64,000 nt of DNA, from contig JADFQV010000001.1 of the NCBI GenBank assembly GCA_022561635.1, positions 7,917 to 71,916 of the forward strand, in the 5' to 3' direction. Both the position numbers and the translations under genes were made by a program. Origin of the DNA: Chloroflexota bacterium. GTDB taxonomy: Bacteria > Chloroflexota > Dehalococcoidia > SM23-28-2 > RBG-16-64-32. How positions within the stretch are numbered: the first letter of the stretch is position 1; each line of letters begins with the position of its first letter. The notes under the pieces were generated by a model that did not search any database, was not told the origin of the DNA, and saw nothing but the letters and a program-made list of their open reading frames with translations. Positions 21,817-32,082 of the stretch are shown here, one piece after another.

Positions 21817-22179
21817 TTAGATCTCCGACCCCACCAGTTCGATCTGCGCCATGCGTGCGGCGTCGCCACCGCGCGCGCCCAGCTTAATGACCCGCGTATA
21901 GCCACCGGGCCGGTCGGCATAGCGCTCGGCCAGGTCGTCGAAGATCTTGTCGACGATGGCCTTGTCGTAGACGAAGCCGAGCACCCTTCGGCGCGCGGGC
22001 AGGTCGCCCTTCTTGCCGAGAGTGATCATGCGTTCGGCGAAGCCACGCATCTCTTTCGCCTTGGCTTCCGTGGTGATGATCTTCTCGTACTTGAGCAGGT
22101 CTGTCACGAGGTTGCGGAACATCGCCAGCCGGTGATCTGTGGGCCGGCCAAGCTTGCGCCCGTTGATGCGGTGGCCCAT
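21817..22179 (-). CDS. rplQ: 50S ribosomal protein L17
   Basis: L17 family; abuts rpoA. Confidence 0.9.
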   Translation of the reverse strand: MGHRINGRKLGRPTDHRLAMFRNLVTDLLKYEKIITTEAKAKEMRGFAERMITLGKKGDLPARRRVLGFVYDKAIVDKIFDDLAERYADRPGGYTRVIKLGARGGDAARMAQIELVGSEI

Positions 22180-23436
22180 CTACTCGTCGCCTTCACCGTC
22201 GGTTAGCTCAAGGAGTTTTCGCTTCCATTCTGGCATCTCTTCGTCGCCAGCCTCGGCGGCCGGCTCGGCCTTCCCTTTAGCCTTCTTCGTGCGGCGGCCG
22301 ACGGGCGCGGGCTCGGTGTCCGGTACGGTTTCGGCTTCTGGTTCGGCCACGGCTACGGCAGCGGACTCCGTCGGGGGCTCCGCCGTCGCGCTGATCGGGC
22401 GCTCTTCGGCGTCCAACGGCGGCGCGTCGAGAATCTCTTCCTCGTCACCGGCGCCGGCGGGCAGCAGGCCCAGCTCGTCCAGCCGTTCCCTCAACTCGTC
22501 GTAGGATTTGAGCCCGAAGTTACGCAACGCCAACAGCTCTTCTTCGCTCTTCTCGAGTACCTGGCCGATGGTCATCAGACCGCTGCGGCGCAGGCAGTTG
22601 TAGGCGCGCATCGAGAGGTTCAGGTCCTCGATCGCCATGTTGTACCGCTCGGGCGAAAGCTGAAGTCCGGCACCCAGGCCGCGTTCGACAGTCGGCATCG
22701 CCGGCCGGCCCATGTGCGAGAAGAGCTTGAACTGCTCGATGAGGATGTCCGCACTCTTGCTCACAGCCTCGGTAGCGCTGATCGTGCCATCGGTCCAGAG
22801 TTCGATCGTCAGCTTGTCGAAGTTCGTAGCTTGGCCGACGCGCGTCTGCTCGATGCGATAGTTGACCTTGCGCACCGGCGAGAAGATGCCGTCGACGGGT
22901 ATGACGCCGAGCTGCGTCCCGTCGACATGGCCGGCCGGGACGTAGCCGCGCCCCTGCTCCACGTTGAACTCGACGTAGAGCTTCCCGTTCTTGTCGTCCA
23001 TAGTGGCCAGGTGCAGGTCCGGGTTGGCGATCTCAAAATGCTCCGGAAGCTGGATGTCGCCGGCAGTCACCGGTCCGGCGCGGCCAGTGTGGTCAAGGAT
23101 GAGCATGCCGGCGCGATCTGAGAGTGCGCGCAGGCGGATCTCTTTGACGTTGAGGAGGAACTCGATGGAGTCCTCCTTGATGTGGGGGATCGTCGAGAAC
23201 TCGTGCTGGATGCCTTCGATGCGGACGGACGTGACCGCGGCCCCAGGTAGCGAGCTCAGGAGGACACGCCGCAGGGCGTTGCCCAGCGTGATCCCGAACC
23301 CAGGCAGCAGGGGCGACGCGACGATGCGCGCGTAATCATCCGCCGACTCTTCGACCTCGATCGTCGGCTCGTCGGACGTCTGCTCCGTGGTTGCGACTCC
23401 GGCTGCCCGGAACAATTGCTGTTCTAGCATTATCAC
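22180..23436 (-). CDS. rpoA: DNA-directed RNA polymerase alpha subunit, with a ~85 aa acidic/low-complexity C-terminal extension
   Basis: Alpha NTD and CTD are recognisable. The protein is 418 aa, against about 315-330 typical. Confidence 0.9.
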   Translation of the reverse strand: MIMLEQQLFRAAGVATTEQTSDEPTIEVEESADDYARIVASPLLPGFGITLGNALRRVLLSSLPGAAVTSVRIEGIQHEFSTIPHIKEDSIEFLLNVKEIRLRALSDRAGMLILDHTGRAGPVTAGDIQLPEHFEIANPDLHLATMDDKNGKLYVEFNVEQGRGYVPAGHVDGTQLGVIPVDGIFSPVRKVNYRIEQTRVGQATNFDKLTIELWTDGTISATEAVSKSADILIEQFKLFSHMGRPAMPTVERGLGAGLQLSPERYNMAIEDLNLSMRAYNCLRRSGLMTIGQVLEKSEEELLALRNFGLKSYDELRERLDELGLLPAGAGDEEEILDAPPLDAEERPISATAEPPTESAAVAVAEPEAETVPDTEPAPVGRRTKKAKGKAEPAAEAGDEEMPEWKRKLLELTDGEGDE

Positions 23437-23438
23437 CT

Positions 23439-24062
23439 CTAGCGCGAGTAGTATTCGACGATCGTCGCCGCGCTGAACTTGGCGCCGATCTCCTCCATGC
23501 CGGGCAGCTCGTTGACCTTGCCTGTCATGGCAGTGTCATCGCGGCTGACCCAGGAGGGTATTTCCTTACTCGCGACCTTTTCACTTACAAGCTTGAAGTA
23601 TTCGCTTTTTTCTCCGCGCGGGCTCCACGTCACGGCGTCGCCGGGCTTCAGAATGTGCGAGGCGATCGTGGTCCGGCGGCCGTTGACCGCGAAAAGACCG
23701 TGCGACGCTACCTGGCGCGCTTGCTGCCGCGAATCGGCGAAGCCCAGACGGTATATGACGTTGTCCAGCCGCAGCTCCAGCGTCCGCAGCAGTGTTTCGC
23801 CGGTGACGCCAGGGCGGCGGACGGCGTCCTCGTAGTACTTGCGGAACTGGCTCTCCAGCACGCCGTAAATGGCGCGCGCCTTCTGCTTCTCCCGCCACTG
23901 CAGACCACGGTCGGACACCTTGCGGCGGCGCGACTGGCGCGGTCCCGGCGGAAATGGGCGCTTGTCGAAGACACAGTTGGAGTAGCACTTGTCGCCCTTG
24001 AGGTAGAGCTTCTCCCCCAGGCGACGGCACAGCCGGCAGCGAGCGTCAGTGTATCGAGCCAT
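23439..24062 (-). CDS. rpsD: 30S ribosomal protein S4
   Basis: S4 N-terminus MARYTDARCRLCRR... and S4 domain. Confidence 0.9.
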   Translation of the reverse strand: MARYTDARCRLCRRLGEKLYLKGDKCYSNCVFDKRPFPPGPRQSRRRKVSDRGLQWREKQKARAIYGVLESQFRKYYEDAVRRPGVTGETLLRTLELRLDNVIYRLGFADSRQQARQVASHGLFAVNGRRTTIASHILKPGDAVTWSPRGEKSEYFKLVSEKVASKEIPSWVSRDDTAMTGKVNELPGMEEIGAKFSAATIVEYYSR

Positions 24063-24070
24063 CGGTGCTC

Positions 24071-24460
24071 TTACACTCGCCGCCGTTTGGGTGGCCGGCA
24101 GCCGTTGTGCGGGATCGGCGTCACGTCTCGGATCAGCGTCACCTGCAGGCCGCTGGACTGCAGCGAGCGAATCGCCGCCTCCCGGCCGCTGCCAGGACCC
24201 TTCACACGCACTTCGACCTGGCGCAGGCCGTGGTCCATCGCCCGGCGGGCGGCGGCTTCGGCGGCGAGTCCGGCGGCGTAAGGCGTGCTCTTGCGGGAAC
24301 CCTTGAAGCCGGCGGTTCCGGCGGAAGCCCAGGAGAGCACGGCGCCGTTGGGGTCGGTCAGCGTGATCACGGTGTTATTGAACGTCGACGTGATGTAAGC
24401 ACGGCCAACCGGCACGTTCTTCTTTTCGCGTCGTCGTGATTTGCTCTTGCGTTCTGCCAT
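24071..24460 (-). CDS. rpsK: 30S ribosomal protein S11
   Basis: Start at the internal Met (MAERKSKS...). The ORF-track N-terminal extension overlaps rpsM. Confidence 0.85.
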   Translation of the reverse strand: MAERKSKSRRREKKNVPVGRAYITSTFNNTVITLTDPNGAVLSWASAGTAGFKGSRKSTPYAAGLAAEAAARRAMDHGLRQVEVRVKGPGSGREAAIRSLQSSGLQVTLIRDVTPIPHNGCRPPKRRRV

Positions 24461-24476
24461 CGTTAGTCCTTCTGGT

Positions 24477-24860
24477 CTACTTCTTGACTGCGGCGCGGCG
24501 CCTACCGGCGACGGTGCGGCGCGGGCCACGCTTTGTGCGGGCGTTCGTCTTTGTGCGCTGGCCACGGGCGGGCAGGCCGCGGCGGTGCCGGATGCCGCGA
24601 TAGCTGTTGATCTCGATCAGGCGCTGAATGTCCGTGCGCACCTGCTTTCGCAGCTCACCTTCAACGGTGAAGTTCTTGTCGATGAACTCGCGGATGCGGG
24701 TGACTTCATCGTCGCTCAGGTCGCGCACCTTGCTTTCGCGTGAGATGCCAACGGAGTCGCAGATCTTCTCCGCGGTGGGCCGCCCGATGCCGTAGATGTA
24801 GGACAGCGAGATATCGACCTTCTTGTCGCGGGGGATGTCTACTCCGGAGATGCGAGCCAT
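24477..24860 (-). CDS. rpsM: 30S ribosomal protein S13
   Basis: [13 protein letters not shown]... Confidence 0.9.
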   Translation of the reverse strand: MARISGVDIPRDKKVDISLSYIYGIGRPTAEKICDSVGISRESKVRDLSDDEVTRIREFIDKNFTVEGELRKQVRTDIQRLIEINSYRGIRHRRGLPARGQRTKTNARTKRGPRRTVAGRRRAAVKK

Positions 24861-24869
24861 ACGCCTCTT

Positions 24870-24983
24870 CTACCCCTGCCTCTGCTTGTGACGGGGGTTC
24901 GGACAGACGACGCGGACGACGCGCTTACGCACGACGATTCTGCACCTTTCGCAACGCTTTTTTACTGACGCCTGAACCTTCAT
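24870..24983 (-). CDS. rpmJ: 50S ribosomal protein L36 (below the ORF-track size cutoff)
   Basis: Manual translation of the minus strand gives [37 protein letters not shown] between rpsM and infA. Confidence 0.8.
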   Translation of the reverse strand: MKVQASVKKRCERCRIVVRKRVVRVVCPNPRHKQRQG

Positions 24984-24987
24984 ATGC

Positions 24988-25206
24988 CTACCTGAAACGA
25001 TAAGTGACCCTGCCACGGGTCAGGTCATAAGGGGATAGCTCGACCAGAACTCTGTCACCGGGGAGGATGCGAATATAGTGCATCCGGATCTTGCCGGACG
25101 CATGGGCAAGCACCCTGTGCCCGTTAGCCAATTCTACACGAAACATGGCGTTGGGCAAATTCTCCTTCACGGTTCCCTCGACCTCGATTGCTTCTTTCTT
25201 ACCCAT
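24988..25206 (-). CDS. infA: Translation initiation factor IF-1
   Basis: S1-like OB fold. 72 aa. Confidence 0.9.
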   Translation of the reverse strand: MGKKEAIEVEGTVKENLPNAMFRVELANGHRVLAHASGKIRMHYIRILPGDRVLVELSPYDLTRGRVTYRFR

Positions 25207-25278
25207 TCACCCCTTGCGAGGCATTCTCCTCCCTGCTGTTGGTCGCCCAAAATATGAATACTACAGACACTCCGACCC

Positions 25279-26028
25279 TTACGGCAACGTTAGCACCTCG
25301 GCGTCGCCGTCCGTGATCGCCAGCGTGTGCTCGAAGTGCGCGGACAGCGCGCCGTCGATCGTGCGCACGGTCCATTCGTCGTCGTCCCGCTTCGTGCGCC
25401 AATCGCCCATGTTAACCATCGGCTCGATGGCGATCACCATGCCGGGCCGCAGCGGCGTTCCGGTGCCCGGATCGCCGTAGTTCGGCACCGCCGGGTCTTC
25501 GTGCATCTCGCGTCCGACGCCGTGGCCCACGTACTCGCGCACGATCGCCAGTCCCTCGCTCTCGACGTAGGTCTGGATGGCGTGACCGATGTCGCCGGTC
25601 TTCGAGCCGGCACGAGAGGCGCGGATGCCTCGCCAGACCGCCTCGCGCGTGACGTCGATAAGGTGCTGGGCCTCGGCCGAAAGGTTGCCGACTCCGGCTG
25701 AGACGGCCGTATCGGCGACGAAGCCTTTGTACGTGCAGCCGATATCGATGCTGACGATGTCGCCGTCCTGGATCTTGCGCTTGCCGGGGATGCCGTGGAC
25801 GATTTCATCGTTGATCGAAATGCAGACGGTGGCGGGATAGCCATGGTAGTCCAGGAACGTGGGAATCACACCAGCCTTCTTGAACTCGCGGCGGGCGATC
25901 TCGTCCAGCTCCAGCTCCACCATGCCGGGGCGCAGGCTGGCGACGAGCAGGTCACGAACGGCCGAGACGATGCGTCCGGCCTCTTTCATGATCGCGATCT
26001 CGTCTCGCGACTTGACGACGATGGCCAC
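25279..26028 (-). CDS. map: Methionine aminopeptidase type I
   Basis: Pita-bread metal ligands. GTG start at 26028 abuts the adk stop. The ORF-track N-terminal 83 aa is spurious. Confidence 0.85.
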   Translation of the reverse strand: MAIVVKSRDEIAIMKEAGRIVSAVRDLLVASLRPGMVELELDEIARREFKKAGVIPTFLDYHGYPATVCISINDEIVHGIPGKRKIQDGDIVSIDIGCTYKGFVADTAVSAGVGNLSAEAQHLIDVTREAVWRGIRASRAGSKTGDIGHAIQTYVESEGLAIVREYVGHGVGREMHEDPAVPNYGDPGTGTPLRPGMVIAIEPMVNMGDWRTKRDDDEWTVRTIDGALSAHFEHTLAITDGDAEVLTLP

Positions 26029-26030
26029 GC

Positions 26031-26675
26031 CTAGCCCTCCACAGCCTTCTGGAGGTCGGCCCCAACGGCTGCAGCGTCGCGGCTGCCGTCCACGGTGGTC
26101 AGTTTGTCCTGGCCTGCGTAGTAATCCACCAGCGACTGCATGTTGCCGATGTTCACCTTGAGCCGGTTGCGGACAACGTCGGCCTTGTCGTCGGATCGTT
26201 GCGTCAACTCGCTGCCGCACTTGTCGCAGATGCCTGCCCTGGCCGGTGGCGCGCTGACTTCGTGGTAGACGGCGGCGCACTTGGGGCAGAGCCAGCGGCC
26301 CGAGAGGCGGCGCACGAGCTCGTCCTCAGCCACTTCGATGTAGATCGCGCGGTCTATCTGCTTTCCGGCCGAAGTCAGAGCTTCGTCCAGCGCGATGGCC
26401 TGCTCTGTGTTGCGGGGGTAGCCGTCGAACATGCAGCCGTTGGCGCAGTCGGGCTGGTTGATACGTTCCAGCAGCATGCCGATGGTCAGCTCGTTGGGCA
26501 CGAGGTCGCCGGCGTCGTAGTAGGGCTTCGCCTTCTTTCCCAGCTCTGTCTCGGCGGCGATGTTTTCACGGAAGAGGTCGCCGGTGGTGACGTGAGGCAG
26601 CCCCAGGTCCTCCTTGAGACGGGCAGCCTGCGTTCCCTTGCCTGCGCCGGGCAGGCCGAGAAGGACTACGAACAC
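26031..26675 (-). CDS. adk: Adenylate kinase (with Zn-ribbon lid CPKC...CDKC)
   Basis: P-loop GLPGAGKGTQA and 4-Cys lid. Confidence 0.9.
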   Translation of the reverse strand: MFVVLLGLPGAGKGTQAARLKEDLGLPHVTTGDLFRENIAAETELGKKAKPYYDAGDLVPNELTIGMLLERINQPDCANGCMFDGYPRNTEQAIALDEALTSAGKQIDRAIYIEVAEDELVRRLSGRWLCPKCAAVYHEVSAPPARAGICDKCGSELTQRSDDKADVVRNRLKVNIGNMQSLVDYYAGQDKLTTVDGSRDAAAVGADLQKAVEG

Positions 26676-26676
26676 G

Positions 26677-28041
26677 CTACTTGATGAAGCCTTCGTACTG
26701 GCGCATCATCAGCTGCGCCTCGATCTGGCGCAGCGTATCGAGCACGACGCCGACGGCGATGATCAGGCCGGCGCTTGTGATGCCGAAGGCCGTCGAGCGG
26801 CTGCCCGTCGCCCCGGCGCCAACGAAGCTCGAGAAGATGAACGGCGCCACCGCCACCGAAGCCAGGAAGAAGGCGCCGGCCCAGGTGATGCGGAGAAGTA
26901 CGCGGTTGATGTACTGGTCGGTCGGCTTGCCGGGCCGAATGCCGGGCACAAAGCCACCCTGGCGTTGAAGGTTCTCGGCCAGGTTCTGTTGCTGGAAGGT
27001 GACGATCGTATAGAAGAACGTGAAGACGACCACCGTGAAGAAGACGAAGACCCAGTAACCGAAGTTGTCCGGGTTGAAGGCCGTCACGACAAAGTCGCCG
27101 AACGACGCCAGCGTGCTGTTGTCGGAAGCCGCGAACATCTGGCCGATGAACGCCGGGAAGATGATCACGGAGAAGGCGAAGATGAGCGGGATCATCCCGG
27201 TGCTGTTCAGTTTCAGGGGTATATGTGTCTGCCCCGATTGTCTATACATGCGGCCCGATCTGAAGACGCTGCGAGAGTACTGAACGGGTATCTTTCGCTG
27301 CGCCTCCTGGAAGAAGACGATGTAGGCCACGAGCCCGATCATGAACCCACCGAGGAGGATCGTCGTCGTGATGCCGTCCCCGGTGCCGGTATATAACCGG
27401 CCACCGATGAACTGCGGCAGTCCGGCGATGATGCCGGCGAAAATGAGCACAGATATGCCGTTGCCGATGCCTTTCTCGCTGATCAGTTCGGCGATCCAGA
27501 CGAGGAACATCGTGCCGGCGACCATCGTGATCACCGCCGCGAAAGTGGGCAAGGCGTTGGGACCCGTCAGCTCGATGCCCGTGATGCCGCCCTGGCTCTG
27601 GACGATGATCAGCTGACCGTAGCCCTGCACGAAGGCCATCGGCACGGTCATCCAGTGTGTGTAGATGTTGATCTGCTTGCGTCCTGAGTCGCCTTCCTTC
27701 GATAGCGCCTGCAACGCCGGCACGATCGGCACCATGAGCTGCATGATGATGGAGGCGGTGATGTACGGGTAAACGCCCATCGCCGCCACGCTCATGTTGG
27801 CCAGCGCGCCGCCGCTGAAGATGTTGAGGAACCCGAGGACTGTGCTGCTCTCGAATAGCGCACTGAGTGCCAGCGGGTTGACGCCCGGCACGGGCAGATT
27901 CGCTACGAAGCGGAAGATGACGAGCATGGCGAACGTGAAGAGCAGCTTCTCGCGGATGTCCGCCTGCCCCATCGCCGTGATGGCCGACTGCAGCAGCTGC
28001 GGTCCTTGCTGCTGCGGCCGTGATTCTGCTCTAGTCGCCAT
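26677..28041 (-). CDS. secY: Preprotein translocase subunit SecY
   Basis: 10-TM SecY family. Positioned after rplO. Confidence 0.9.
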   Translation of the reverse strand: MATRAESRPQQQGPQLLQSAITAMGQADIREKLLFTFAMLVIFRFVANLPVPGVNPLALSALFESSTVLGFLNIFSGGALANMSVAAMGVYPYITASIIMQLMVPIVPALQALSKEGDSGRKQINIYTHWMTVPMAFVQGYGQLIIVQSQGGITGIELTGPNALPTFAAVITMVAGTMFLVWIAELISEKGIGNGISVLIFAGIIAGLPQFIGGRLYTGTGDGITTTILLGGFMIGLVAYIVFFQEAQRKIPVQYSRSVFRSGRMYRQSGQTHIPLKLNSTGMIPLIFAFSVIIFPAFIGQMFAASDNSTLASFGDFVVTAFNPDNFGYWVFVFFTVVVFTFFYTIVTFQQQNLAENLQRQGGFVPGIRPGKPTDQYINRVLLRITWAGAFFLASVAVAPFIFSSFVGAGATGSRSTAFGITSAGLIIAVGVVLDTLRQIEAQLMMRQYEGFIK

Positions 28042-28894
28042 GGCCCTCGGAGTCCTTGCCTATTTCGGCTTTGTCGGCGGCGGCGGCTCCGTCTGTCTTG
28101 CCTTCGGCCTTGGCGCCACCCTTTTCGGCCTTCGCCTTGCCGCCACCCTTCTGAGCCTTGGTCTTGCCTTCGGTCTTCTTGTCGTCGCCGGTGCCCTCGG
28201 TCTCGGCACCGCCCTTCTCGGCCTCTACCTTGGCGCCGCCCTTCTGAGCTTTGGCCTTGCCTTCGCCCTTCTTGTCGTCGCCGGCACCCTCGGCAGTGCC
28301 CTTCTCAGCCTCTGCCTTGCCGCCGCCCTTCTGAGCCTTGGCCTTGCCTTTGCCCTTCTTGTCGTCTCCAGCAGCTTCGCCCTCGGCGGGCTTGTTCTTG
28401 CGCCGCTTCCGTTTGGCTGCGCCGCGCCGCTCTGACCTCACCTTGCGCTCGGTCGTCTCTTCCGCCGTGCCGCCCGCGGCCTCGATCTTCTCCTTCGCCG
28501 TCAGCGAGAGGCGCTCAACGCGCACGTTCAGCTTGCGGGTGATCTCGCCGCTGGCGAGAATCTTGACCGGCTTCTTGGCCGAATCGATGAGCCCGGCTTC
28601 CTTGAGAATATCGTTGGTGATGTCTGCGCCGTCGTCAAAGCGTTCGAGGTCGCGCAGGTTGACAGGCTGGTATTCGATGCGGAAGCGGTTAACGAAGCCG
28701 CGGCGGCGGGGCAGACGGCGCATGAGGCGCGTCTGGCCACCCTCGAAGAAGCGGCGTGGCTTGCGGCCGGAGCGGGACTTCTGTCCCCCGAGACCGCGCC
28801 CGGCATGGGTGCCCGTTCCGGAGGCGTTGCCTCTGCCGATCCTCTTGCGATTTTGCCTCGACCCGCGCGCGGGTTTCAGCTCGTGGGCCTGCAT
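28031..28894 (-). CDS. rplO: 50S ribosomal protein L15 with a ~140 aa Lys/Gly/Ala-rich repetitive C-terminal tail
   Basis: L15 core covers aa 1-145. Three ~30 aa repeats GDDKKGxGKAKAQKGGGKAEAEKG follow. Confidence 0.85.
   Translation of the reverse strand: MQAHELKPARGSRQNRKRIGRGNASGTGTHAGRGLGGQKSRSGRKPRRFFEGGQTRLMRRLPRRRGFVNRFRIEYQPVNLRDLERFDDGADITNDILKEAGLIDSAKKPVKILASGEITRKLNVRVERLSLTAKEKIEAAGGTAEETTERKVRSERRGAAKRKRRKNKPAEGEAAGDDKKGKGKAKAQKGGGKAEAEKGTAEGAGDDKKGEGKAKAQKGGAKVEAEKGGAETEGTGDDKKTEGKTKAQKGGGKAKAEKGGAKAEGKTDGAAAADKAEIGKDSEGHGD
28070..28369 (-). repeat. ~90-nt tandem coding repeats (x3) in the rplO 3' region
   Basis: Protein-level repeats map here; they are also seen as near-identical DNA blocks. 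Confidence 0.6.
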
Positions 28895-29083
28895 TTATTC
28901 TCCGTCCTCGCTTACGTCGACGAGGTGGCGAACCTTGTGCAGCATACCACGTATAGGCCTCGTATCCTCGTGCTCGACAGTGTGCCCCAGGCGCTTGAGG
29001 CCCAGCGCTTCGATCGTTCGCTTCTGGTCGATCCTGTAGCCGATGGCGCTCTTGCGCCAGGTAACGCGCAGTTTAGCGGCCAA
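28895..29083 (-). CDS. rpmD: 50S ribosomal protein L30
   Basis: 62 aa; L30 fold. Confidence 0.85.
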   Translation of the reverse strand: MAAKLRVTWRKSAIGYRIDQKRTIEALGLKRLGHTVEHEDTRPIRGMLHKVRHLVDVSEDGE

Positions 29084-29609
29084 TGCTCGCCTCGTCGGAA
29101 AACTGCCGTCGCTTCTCGAGCACTTCCTCAGGAGAGCGCATCAGAGATAGCGCCAGCATGGTCGCCTTGACGGCGTTGGTTGGGTTGGTGGAGCCGAGCT
29201 GCTTGGCGACCGCGTCCTTGACGCCGGCCATCTCCAGGACGGCACGCACGCCGCCGCCGGCGATGAGGCCGGTGCCGGCCGGCGCGGGCTTGATCAAGAT
29301 CTTCGATGCGCCGAAGCGCACGAGCAGCGGATGAGGCAGGCTCGTCTTCAGCATCGGTACCCTGATGATGTTCTTGCGGGCGACGACCGCGGCCTTGCGA
29401 ATCGCCTCCGGCACTTCCTTGGCCTTGGCCATGGCGACGCCGACGTGGCCGTTCATGTCACCAACGACGACGATGGCGGTGAAGTGGAAGCGGCGGCCGC
29501 CCTTCATCACCTTGGCCACGCGGTTGATGAACACGACCTTCTCTTGAAGTTCGAGGTCGTTCGGGTCCACGCGTTCTTTCTTCGCGATGTACTTACTGGG
29601 ATTCGACAT
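29073..29609 (-). CDS. rpsE: 30S ribosomal protein S5
   Basis: S5 dsRBD-like N-domain plus C-domain. Confidence 0.9.
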   Translation of the reverse strand: MSNPSKYIAKKERVDPNDLELQEKVVFINRVAKVMKGGRRFHFTAIVVVGDMNGHVGVAMAKAKEVPEAIRKAAVVARKNIIRVPMLKTSLPHPLLVRFGASKILIKPAPAGTGLIAGGGVRAVLEMAGVKDAVAKQLGSTNPTNAVKATMLALSLMRSPEEVLEKRRQFSDEASIGR

Positions 29610-29627
29610 ATCTCACTCGTCCTGCCT

Positions 29628-29999
29628 TTAGAAGGTCAGGCCTCCCTTTCGCACAGCCTCGGCCAACGCCTTGACTCGACCGTGGTATTGGAAGCCACCA
29701 CGGTCGAAGACGACCTTCGTGATTCCTTTTTCTTTCGCCCGCTTCGCCAGTGCCGTGCCAACGACCGTCGCCACTTCCGTCTTCTTCTGGCTCTCCTTGA
29801 CCGTGGGTCGGATCTCCTTGTCCACGTCGGAGGCGGAGACGAGCGTGTGGTCGGCGCCGTCGTCGATGATCTGGGCGTATATGTGGTTCAGGCTGCGGAA
29901 GACGTCGAGTCGCGGCCGCGCCGCCGTGCCCGCGAGGTTCTTGCGGACGCGCAGGTGCCGGCGCTTGCGAGCAGCCCTTGCCGTTTTCGATCCCTTCAT
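29628..29999 (-). CDS. rplR: 50S ribosomal protein L18
   Basis: L18 family. Confidence 0.9.
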   Translation of the reverse strand: MKGSKTARAARKRRHLRVRKNLAGTAARPRLDVFRSLNHIYAQIIDDGADHTLVSASDVDKEIRPTVKESQKKTEVATVVGTALAKRAKEKGITKVVFDRGGFQYHGRVKALAEAVRKGGLTF

Positions 30000-30005
30000 A
30001 GCGAC

Positions 30006-30551
30006 TTACTCCATCGCCTTACCGGCCTTGCCGGCCTTGCGTCGGACGTATTCACCCTCGTAGCGGATGCCCTTGCCCTTGTACGGTTCGGGCTTGCGGA
30101 TCTTGCGCACGTCGGCGGCCGCCTGGCCCACCGCCTGCTTGTCCGAGCCCTTGACGATAATCTTTGATGTGCCGTCGACCTCGAACTCGACGCCCTGGGG
30201 CGGCGAGACCTTTACGGTGTGAGAGTAGCCGACGCTGAGCTCCAGGTCCTTGCCCTGCATCTGCGCCCTGTAGCCGACGCCGTGCATCTCCAGCGTCTTC
30301 GAGAAGCCCTCGGTAACGCCCGTCACCATGTTGGCGAGCAGCGTGCGTGAGAGGCCGTGCATCGCCTTGTGGCGCGCCTGGTCGGACGGCCGGCTGACGA
30401 TGATCTGGTCGTTTTCCTGCTTGAAGGTGATTTCGCTCTGGAAGGCCCAGGAGAGTTCGCCCTTCGGTCCCTTGACGGAGACCTGCGAGCCGTCGATCTT
30501 GACCTCGACGCCCTTGGGGAGCGCGATCGGGTTGGCGCCTACTCTAGACAT
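30006..30551 (-). CDS. rplF: 50S ribosomal protein L6
   Basis: L6 duplicated domain. Confidence 0.9.
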   Translation of the reverse strand: MSRVGANPIALPKGVEVKIDGSQVSVKGPKGELSWAFQSEITFKQENDQIIVSRPSDQARHKAMHGLSRTLLANMVTGVTEGFSKTLEMHGVGYRAQMQGKDLELSVGYSHTVKVSPPQGVEFEVDGTSKIIVKGSDKQAVGQAAADVRKIRKPEPYKGKGIRYEGEYVRRKAGKAGKAME

Positions 30552-30557
30552 CGTTGA

Positions 30558-30953
30558 CTACCACACATAGCACAGTATTTCGCCGCCCACGCCGCGCTTG
30601 CGCGCTTCCTTGCCGGTCATCACGCCTTCCGGCGTGGACAGAATAGCGATACCAAGGCCTCCGTAAACCCGCGGCACTTCGCTGCGCGAGGTATAAACGC
30701 GCAGGCCCGGCTTGCTCACACGGTTGAGGCCGACGATCACCGGCTCTTTCTTGCCGGTGTAGGCCAGTTGGACGCGGATACTGCCGTGTCCGTCGTCTTC
30801 CCGCTCTTCGTAGCTCGCGATGTAGCCTTCTTTTTTCAGCACGGCGGCGATCGACTCCTTGACCTTGGATGTCGGGATGTCCGTGAAGTCATGCCGCGCT
30901 ACGAGTGCGTTGCGGATGCGGGTCAGCATGTCGGCGATGGGATCAGTGACCAT
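30558..30953 (-). CDS. rpsH: 30S ribosomal protein S8
   Basis: S8 family. Confidence 0.9.
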   Translation of the reverse strand: MVTDPIADMLTRIRNALVARHDFTDIPTSKVKESIAAVLKKEGYIASYEEREDDGHGSIRVQLAYTGKKEPVIVGLNRVSKPGLRVYTSRSEVPRVYGGLGIAILSTPEGVMTGKEARKRGVGGEILCYVW

Positions 30954-30959
30954 GTTCTC

Positions 30960-31148
30960 TTACCAGCTCGACTTCTTGACGCCCGGTAGGTGGCCCAGCA
31001 GCGCCTGCTCCCGGAAGCAGATTCGGCAGAGGGCGAAGCGGCGCATGTAAGCGCGCGGCCGGCCACAAAGGCGGCAGCGGTTGCGGTGGCGCCCCGGGAA
31101 CTTCGGCGTCTTGTTGAACGTCTTTTCGTAGAGGGCTTTTCGTGTCAC
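30960..31148 (-). CDS. rpsZ: 30S ribosomal protein S14 type Z (zinc-binding, 62 aa)
   Basis: CRLCGRP...CRIC zinc ribbon. Confidence 0.9.
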   Translation of the reverse strand: MTRKALYEKTFNKTPKFPGRHRNRCRLCGRPRAYMRRFALCRICFREQALLGHLPGVKKSSW

Positions 31149-31160
31149 GTCTTGCTCCCG

Positions 31161-31736
31161 TTATCCGCGCTCTGCGAACGGCATGCCCAGCAGTTGGAGC
31201 AGCCTCTTCGCCTCTTCGTCAGTGGTTGCCGTCGTCCCGATAGTGATCTGCATGCCTCTGATCTTATCGATTTTGTCGAATTCAAGCTCGGCGAAGATCA
31301 GCTGCTCACGCAGGCCCAGGCTGTAGTTTCCGTGCCCGTCGAAGGAGTTGGGCGATATGCCCTGGAAGTCCCGCACACGCGGCAGCGCCGCGTTCACCAT
31401 GCGGTCGAAGAACTCCCACATGCGGTCGTTGCGCAGCGTCACCGTGACGCCGATGGGCATGCCTTCGCGCAGCTTGAAGTTGGAGATCGACTTCTTGGCG
31501 CGAGTGATCACGGGCCGCTGGCCGGAGATCGTGGCGATATCGCTGACGGCGGCGTCGATCGACTTCGCCTCCGCCACCGCCTCGCCGAGGCCGATGTTGA
31601 GATTGATCTTGTCCAGACTAGGCGCCTGCATGACGTTAGCGTAGCTGAACTCCTGCATAAGCACAGGCAGCACGTCGCTCTTGTAGATCGCCTTCATCCG
31701 TGGTTCAACTCTGGTTACCAACTGCGCCTCACTCAA
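31161..31736 (-). CDS. rplE: 50S ribosomal protein L5
   Basis: L5 family. Confidence 0.9.
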   Translation of the reverse strand: MSEAQLVTRVEPRMKAIYKSDVLPVLMQEFSYANVMQAPSLDKINLNIGLGEAVAEAKSIDAAVSDIATISGQRPVITRAKKSISNFKLREGMPIGVTVTLRNDRMWEFFDRMVNAALPRVRDFQGISPNSFDGHGNYSLGLREQLIFAELEFDKIDKIRGMQITIGTTATTDEEAKRLLQLLGMPFAERG

Positions 31737-32080
31737 TCGATGTTCTCGTCACAACTCTTGCAGAAGCGCGTCTTGCCACCATCGGCCAGCGCCCGCAGAC
31801 CAACGCGCGTCGGGTCACCGCAGGCGGCGCAGATGAGCGCGACGTTCGTCCAGGAGATCGGCGCCTCGCGCTCGATGATCCCCCCGGGCTTCTTAGGGCC
31901 GGTCGCCTTCTGGTGCCGCTTGACGATATTGACGCCGGCGACGACGACCCTGGCTGGCCGGGGCCGGCCGAACTTGTCAGTCTTCTTGCCTGGCGGCAGC
32001 ACGCCCAGCACCTCGCCGGTGCGGCCGCGGTCCTTGCCCTTGGTCACGATTACGGTGTCTTGCTTGCGTATCTTCTGCAC
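31733..32080 (-). CDS. rplX: 50S ribosomal protein L24 (with a C-terminal CxxC...CxxC insertion)
   Basis: KOW motif ([17 protein letters not shown]). GTG start at 32080 abuts the rplN stop. The ORF-track upstream extension is spurious. Confidence 0.8.
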   Translation of the reverse strand: MQKIRKQDTVIVTKGKDRGRTGEVLGVLPPGKKTDKFGRPRPARVVVAGVNIVKRHQKATGPKKPGGIIEREAPISWTNVALICAACGDPTRVGLRALADGGKTRFCKSCDENID

Positions 32081-32082
32081 GT

